Positions 60,401 through 64,000 of a DNA stretch of 64,000 bases are shown here, in pieces. Each line of letters starts with the position of its first letter. The stretch's first letter is position 1. The notes beneath the pieces are model-generated. The model saw only the letters and a program-made list of their open reading frames with translations. It was not told where the DNA came from and ran no database searches. A program made the translations under genes and the position numbers. Origin of the DNA: a virus; the IMG/VR virus record IMGVR_UViG_3300035204_001665, positions 1-64,000 of that record, one strand, 5' to 3'.

Positions 60401-63400
60401 ACCCAGAGTAAAGATTACCTTGATACGCTGGAGTGACCTCTACCCACGGCCTACAGAGAGAAGCGTCCAAACAGTCACTTCCTGTCGGTTCACAATGTTT
60501 TTCTACGACGGTAAATCTGGTCCCCCCATCCACATTTTGCACTAAATTTCCACTGTTATCTATAATCTCTACGATGTCTGGAGGATCAACCCCTTTGCAT
60601 TCACTAGAGCAATCATTATTCGGTAATGGATACCCAACCCATATTCTCTTTCTCTCCCATTGAGTATAAGGTCTACCTTCTTCCAAGTATCCATCTGGAG
60701 AAGTATAAGGGATATTGCAGCAGTCTCCATATGTAGCAGTTGCCGTTACTGTCGGCGTGTCGGAAATCGTTGCCGTTACTGTCGGCGACGCGGATACAGA
60801 CGCGCTTACTGTAGCAGTTTCTGTAGGTGGACATTCACAAGCCTGTTGACATTCTTGTTGGGATTGGTGTGCCCCCATTACTATCGCGTGTACTCCGAGT
60901 AGTCCATTTTGGACCGTCGGATACTCGGTACTTTGCATACAAAAAGTGGCTTGAGATGGGTTATTAATTTGATTCCATCTATCACATATGCAATACCAAG
61001 GTCCAGCTAAAGTAATCGTTGCGGTTGCCGTTGGAGTTAAGCTTACCGTAACGGTCGAGGTCACCGTCGAAGATGGGGTGACCGTAGGTGTAACGGTTTC
61101 TGTTATTGTCGCCGTAGGCGTGACTGTTAAAGTTTCTGTCTGGGTCGAAGATGGGGTAGTCGTAGCTGTAACGGTTTCTGTTATTGTCGCCGTAGGCGTG
61201 ACTGTTAAAGTCCCTGTCGGGGTGGCAGTCAATGTATCCGTAAATGTCGCCGTTACGGTTGGAGTTTTGGTAATGGTTTGCGTTTGAGTAATTGTGGGAG
61301 TGAGAGTAACCGTTTTGGTTGCGGTCGGCGTAAAGGTTTCCGTTGACGTCGGGGTCGCAGTGATGGTCGGTGTAGAGCTTTCCGTTGGGGTTACGGTCAC
61401 AGTAAGCGTAAGAGGTCTCGTAGCCGTAATTGTCGGAGTATATGTAATTGTTGGAGTAACTGTAGCGCTTACGGTAGCTGTGGCGGGACAATCATAAACT
61501 ATAACGTCGCAATCTGCTGAAAAGTATGCATTTCCATCTGCATCTATAGCTTCGACATTAATATCTAATATATCCTTTTTTAAATCAAGAATCGTTAATC
61601 TAGAATAATGATAGTCTACAGTGCTACCCTCTTCTATTGTGTACCCGTTCCCCTGTAGACTAAAAGCACTTAGGGAATCTAGTATGCGGCGATTCCATTT
61701 CCATATAATTGGTTCCGAAGCGCACCAAGACGGCGTTAACCTTGCTTCGACTACGGGAGAACTGGAGTAGCAGTGAGCTCCGCAGTTTTCTATCGTTAAT
61801 ACTGGTTCACATCTAGTTTTATTATGAACCAAAGCCCCTTCGGCGAAGTAGTTCTCTGTGTTTTCCACAGACAAGTTATAAACGGGTATTTCTTTTTCTA
61901 TTAACCTCTTTCTCTTAACTTCGCTAAGAAGAATCTTATCCCTGTAAGGACACTCAGTACAGTCTCTTGTCCATAAATGTATGTGTAATAAATCTCCTTC
62001 AGAAATGTCCTTGACTGGCACATATTTGCCCTCACTAACATGTTCGTTGTCTTTGCAAACGAAGAACGGATGATCCTCAGTTACCTTTAAGGTTTTGGTT
62101 AATTGAACGATTTTAGAAACAATTGTATTGTATTGAATTTCATAATATCTACTTGCTGTATGTTCATGAAGCTCTTTTACTTTATTTTGTACGGCTTTGA
62201 ATTTGTTATTGTGTTCAATTCCTAAGACCTTTTCGCCTACCTCTATGTCCTCTATTCGCTTTACTCTATTTTCTTTTAGCAGGACTTGGGTCCCCTTGGC
62301 AAAACAGGGCTCGCAATAATGAGTTAAATTAACTGACCTAACAGATGGTCCCTCGACTATGCTTATTGGTCTCAACGGATCCGGACCAAACAGTACCTTA
62401 GCCGTATACCAGCCCTCGTCCGCTTCTCCAAAATCTCTAATCTTTAATTCGCCCAATCCATATTGGCCAACTATATATTTTTTATTAGCATATTCTGTAT
62501 CGGTTCCCACTTTACCGTCTTTACTTGTGGCGATATACTTCCCGTCTTTAAACCATCTAATTTCATATGGAAGTGGTATTTTTTCATGATATCTAGGATC
62601 AATAGGCGGACAAACCTTGACGAACAAGATGGGACTTTCATGACACTTAATTGGCATTTGCTCGCTCCAACAGTCATTTTCGTTTTCTATTAGAAGCTCT
62701 CTATTTCTTTGGTCGTCGAATCGTGTATCATTTTTAAATACGCAAACCCCCGAGGCTATTGGCCCATGACAATAAGGCTTTAAGCAGTGAAAAGGCTCTG
62801 GCCCATAAATGGCTTCACACCAGACCTTGAATTCATCTACCCAACCAGTGAAAAAGTTTGTTCCGCTTATTGTAGATCCAATTGTTCTAACATTCCTATA
62901 CGGTATATCAGCCTTACCCGTAATCTTCTCTGAGCAATATGTCTCTGCCGAATTAATTCCATTAACAAAAAAGTTGAGTTGCCTATTTCTTCTCACTACG
63001 GCGTAGTGATTAAATTTTCCCTCCATTCCCCACTCTAGGTAACCGTTCAGAGTTCTTTCATTGTCGTCATATGTGAACTCTTCATCGTAATAACTTAAAA
63101 CTACCGGGTCGTATGATTCTTCGCCTGCTTCCCTATGTACTTCTACATCAAAACGACCCTCTCTATTAAATAATTTTAAATTACCCCAATCGACCATACA
63201 CTCTCCGCTTGCGCCGCTAGGGATTCCATCAAATAACGCATTAAATTCTATAGTAAAATCTTCATCAAAATTGAGTGATTCAGGATCTGCCGTTAAGCCT
63301 GTACCAGATACTGCTAGTGAATCGTATCCAATTCCCGTAGCGGTTACCAAATCCGCCTTTTCTCCGGCGGCATGATTATAGTATAGATTTTCGTTTACCG

Positions 63401-63869
63401 TTATACTTCCGTTATCTGGAGCCGGCAAGGTTATTGCATTTACTGTACCAACCTCTTCATTAGATAATCCAGATGCCAACAGGACCCTATCTCCTTCATT
63501 AAAGGCACTTGGATCCCCAACATAAATTCTGTCGTTACCAGCACTAGCCCCGTACATCGGTCCAACAACTGTAGCGGGACTAGCACCAGTAACAACAAGA
63601 TGTTCACCTCTAAAACGCGCGGAAGCGGGAGGGGATACATATTTAGAGGTATCAAAAATAGGATAAGTAATTATGCGTTGACTGATAGGTACAACGTCTG
63701 GGTTTAACCCGGTTATTTGCTGAAGAGGCTGGGTTCCGGGTCTACCCAATTTAATTAAAGTTCTAGATGAATCTATGAAATTGTTTTCAAATTTTAGCCA
63801 CAAAGGGAAACAGGCAAGACGCCAATGAGCATTATTCCTCCTTAATGGTTGGACCGTGGACCGATTCAT
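57411..63869 (-). CDS. Giant modular protein: LamG/ConA-like, Ig-like, Hint, Thr-rich linkers, Cys modules, W/Y-rich C-terminus
   Basis: DFTIEF...HYAVVR...FVNG...IG....FTGWVDEFKVW (LamG); WFKDG..L.I....ADEGWY (Ig); CFAKGT...TEDHP...VHN (Hint). Confidence 0.8.
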   Translation of the reverse strand: MNRSTVQPLRRNNAHWRLACFPLWLKFENNFIDSSRTLIKLGRPGTQPLQQITGLNPDVVPISQRIITYPIFDTSKYVSPPASARFRGEHLVVTGASPATVVGPMYGASAGNDRIYVGDPSAFNEGDRVLLASGLSNEEVGTVNAITLPAPDNGSITVNENLYYNHAAGEKADLVTATGIGYDSLAVSGTGLTADPESLNFDEDFTIEFNALFDGIPSGASGECMVDWGNLKLFNREGRFDVEVHREAGEESYDPVVLSYYDEEFTYDDNERTLNGYLEWGMEGKFNHYAVVRRNRQLNFFVNGINSAETYCSEKITGKADIPYRNVRTIGSTISGTNFFTGWVDEFKVWCEAIYGPEPFHCLKPYCHGPIASGVCVFKNDTRFDDQRNRELLIENENDCWSEQMPIKCHESPILFVKVCPPIDPRYHEKIPLPYEIRWFKDGKYIATSKDGKVGTDTEYANKKYIVGQYGLGELKIRDFGEADEGWYTAKVLFGPDPLRPISIVEGPSVRSVNLTHYCEPCFAKGTQVLLKENRVKRIEDIEVGEKVLGIEHNNKFKAVQNKVKELHEHTASRYYEIQYNTIVSKIVQLTKTLKVTEDHPFFVCKDNEHVSEGKYVPVKDISEGDLLHIHLWTRDCTECPYRDKILLSEVKRKRLIEKEIPVYNLSVENTENYFAEGALVHNKTRCEPVLTIENCGAHCYSSSPVVEARLTPSWCASEPIIWKWNRRILDSLSAFSLQGNGYTIEEGSTVDYHYSRLTILDLKKDILDINVEAIDADGNAYFSADCDVIVYDCPATATVSATVTPTITYTPTITATRPLTLTVTVTPTESSTPTITATPTSTETFTPTATKTVTLTPTITQTQTITKTPTVTATFTDTLTATPTGTLTVTPTATITETVTATTTPSSTQTETLTVTPTATITETVTPTVTPSSTVTSTVTVSLTPTATATITLAGPWYCICDRWNQINNPSQATFCMQSTEYPTVQNGLLGVHAIVMGAHQSQQECQQACECPPTETATVSASVSASPTVTATISDTPTVTATATYGDCCNIPYTSPDGYLEEGRPYTQWERKRIWVGYPLPNNDCSSECKGVDPPDIVEIIDNSGNLVQNVDGGTRFTVVEKHCEPTGSDCLDASLCRPWVEVTPAYQGNLYSGYKICYLPTPTASITSSLSKTATVTPTISLTSTPTISPTPTHSVPPCSEILFSAHNNNNPQNSVIIRESEAHRYPDGSCIHFTVNGVRYYHQVHSIGAPFNATVPTIGTVSVVPLNLVSNTTAYMPRFTEMCFCEFTHTHTVSATTTPTITATPTPTISLTKTGTHTATRSGTSTHTITATHTVPSCSKVVSCPDCSGNWWGKYTWSDPNSQHLGWRGVKNWIYVYADQVSKYKTGDCVYFIVGGTRYYYEITSFGAVENWFHQGELVRVYFNENLTVLSAWSYMCFCEFTHTATGSVTASATDTPSGTATHTATFTRTSTATVSLTPTVTSSLTATATKTGTVSATPTQTLSTHTYTGTASATPTTYTRYWKLCPCVSIDPNRIPVNVQLNGDCSSSPTDYVYVGSYIELPIGQYTILAAYGGMGGMLNCMKIISEVNGGDANPNGGGTIEQTALDTFTEFNPPTFHPDCYCGGTGTLTVTATETVTASATKTAPLTFTPSATSPYGPTGTSTATKGLCVDSPKLLAPWITRVTPSSNSNLTMTRWLRRQYTGWWSEYDQWTAHYTVRSSQPSITQVFSVTALDRNPFIKNTGGLEYHWYTPSLGEVWHSGGPSRTFTLTHSTNTYIYCRISYKNYGNGKDAKRCSETKYTYVIFYINYPACQAPTVSYGCPDWQAQRRGNYCTSSIVTTNGCHNDYQLVYQFYGNRNTPPGAAMMSRYRRGYTDNITISGSYKSARYEYSTNYWYKPDKLIITKDIYTPQHGDVITVDFKSECGTSRLSTTIHVRNNRAVTISSGWGGTTAAFWRYRQCYWNWWTGQVESYYYYSPTYWSGYFSIYPFWGTSCSYYRILKDGQPLTGYTPYSGYIYYQGAGFTIYYNTIRIMADRNAFPNKNHNITIEIYSNLPGPNNFAGAKKTSVTYSVVFADVPQIMSPWSVFNTHMPGQNDCYGWYGYPYYPWYWWGNWYWNWYYYQWYWYQYRWYRPYYYPVYNARINLR
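61821..62306 (-). other. Hint (intein-like, BIL/PT-HINT type) domain, 162 aa, no endonuclease
   Basis: Block A CFAKGTQV, block B VTEDHPFF, block F VYNLSVENTENYFAEG, block G LVHN followed by Lys. Confidence 0.9.
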
Positions 63870-63893
63870 TTTATATTTTTTTTAGTATGTGTT

Positions 63894-63998
63894 TTAAATT
63901 GTAATCACAGAAGTACTTAATAAACTTTGGTCTTGGCTTAGACCTGTTTTAATATCATTAGCCATAGTACAAAAATAAAAATCATTTATCCTTGTTGC
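63894..63998 (-). CDS. 3' end of an upstream gene (partial)
   Basis: Open frame from the window edge reading ...ATRINDFYFCTMANDIKTGLSQDQSLLSTSVITI*. Confidence 0.4.
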   Translation of the reverse strand, partial: ATRINDFYFCTMANDIKTGLSQDQSLLSTSVITI

Positions 63999-64000
63999 CA

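Noticed and set aside
61821-62306. Mobile homing intein
   Set aside because: No homing endonuclease and no nucleophilic +1 residue.
261-63655. Many short antisense or alternate-frame ORFs in the track, such as 775-1107, 30585-31184 and 54347-54694
   Set aside because: They are shadows of longer, motif-bearing genes on the opposite strand or in another frame, especially in low-complexity tracts.
1-64000. Stop-codon reassignment
   Set aside because: Very long ORFs and dense coding under the standard code, with TAA, TAG and TGA all used as stops.

Overview
This window is a 64-kb segment of a large dsDNA tailed-phage genome (standard genetic code, siphovirus-type tail). No rRNA, tRNA, CRISPR array or IS element was seen. 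The left part (about 2.2-18.7 kb) is a DNA-metabolism and sugar-modification region: RecA/UvsX-like recombinase, Rad52-like annealing protein, dNMP kinase, dCMP deaminase, a phage sigma factor, and a glycan cluster (Gmd, a short DegT-type aminotransferase, WbqC, three SAM methyltransferases, about five glycosyltransferase-like genes). The right part is a morphogenesis region: lambda-like tail-tip genes M-L-K-I-J, a tubulin/FtsZ-superfamily GTPase, a 4639-aa tape measure protein, chaperones, tail tube and head-tail connector genes, and several very large Cys-rich proteins, most with mucin-like Ser/Thr linkers and one with an internal Hint domain. The main observations not explained by gene calls are: (1) a ~350-nt hairpin-dense candidate ncRNA with its own consensus promoter and terminator (14846-15195, minus strand); (2) a possible virion glycosylation system pairing Ser/Thr-rich modular proteins with a phage-encoded sugar pathway; (3) nuclease-like segments inside the tape measure protein, delimited by repeated GFxPNF motifs; (4) two promoter classes, leaderless sigma70-like and a GTGTAA-type late motif. 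All product calls come from motif recognition by eye, with no database searches.
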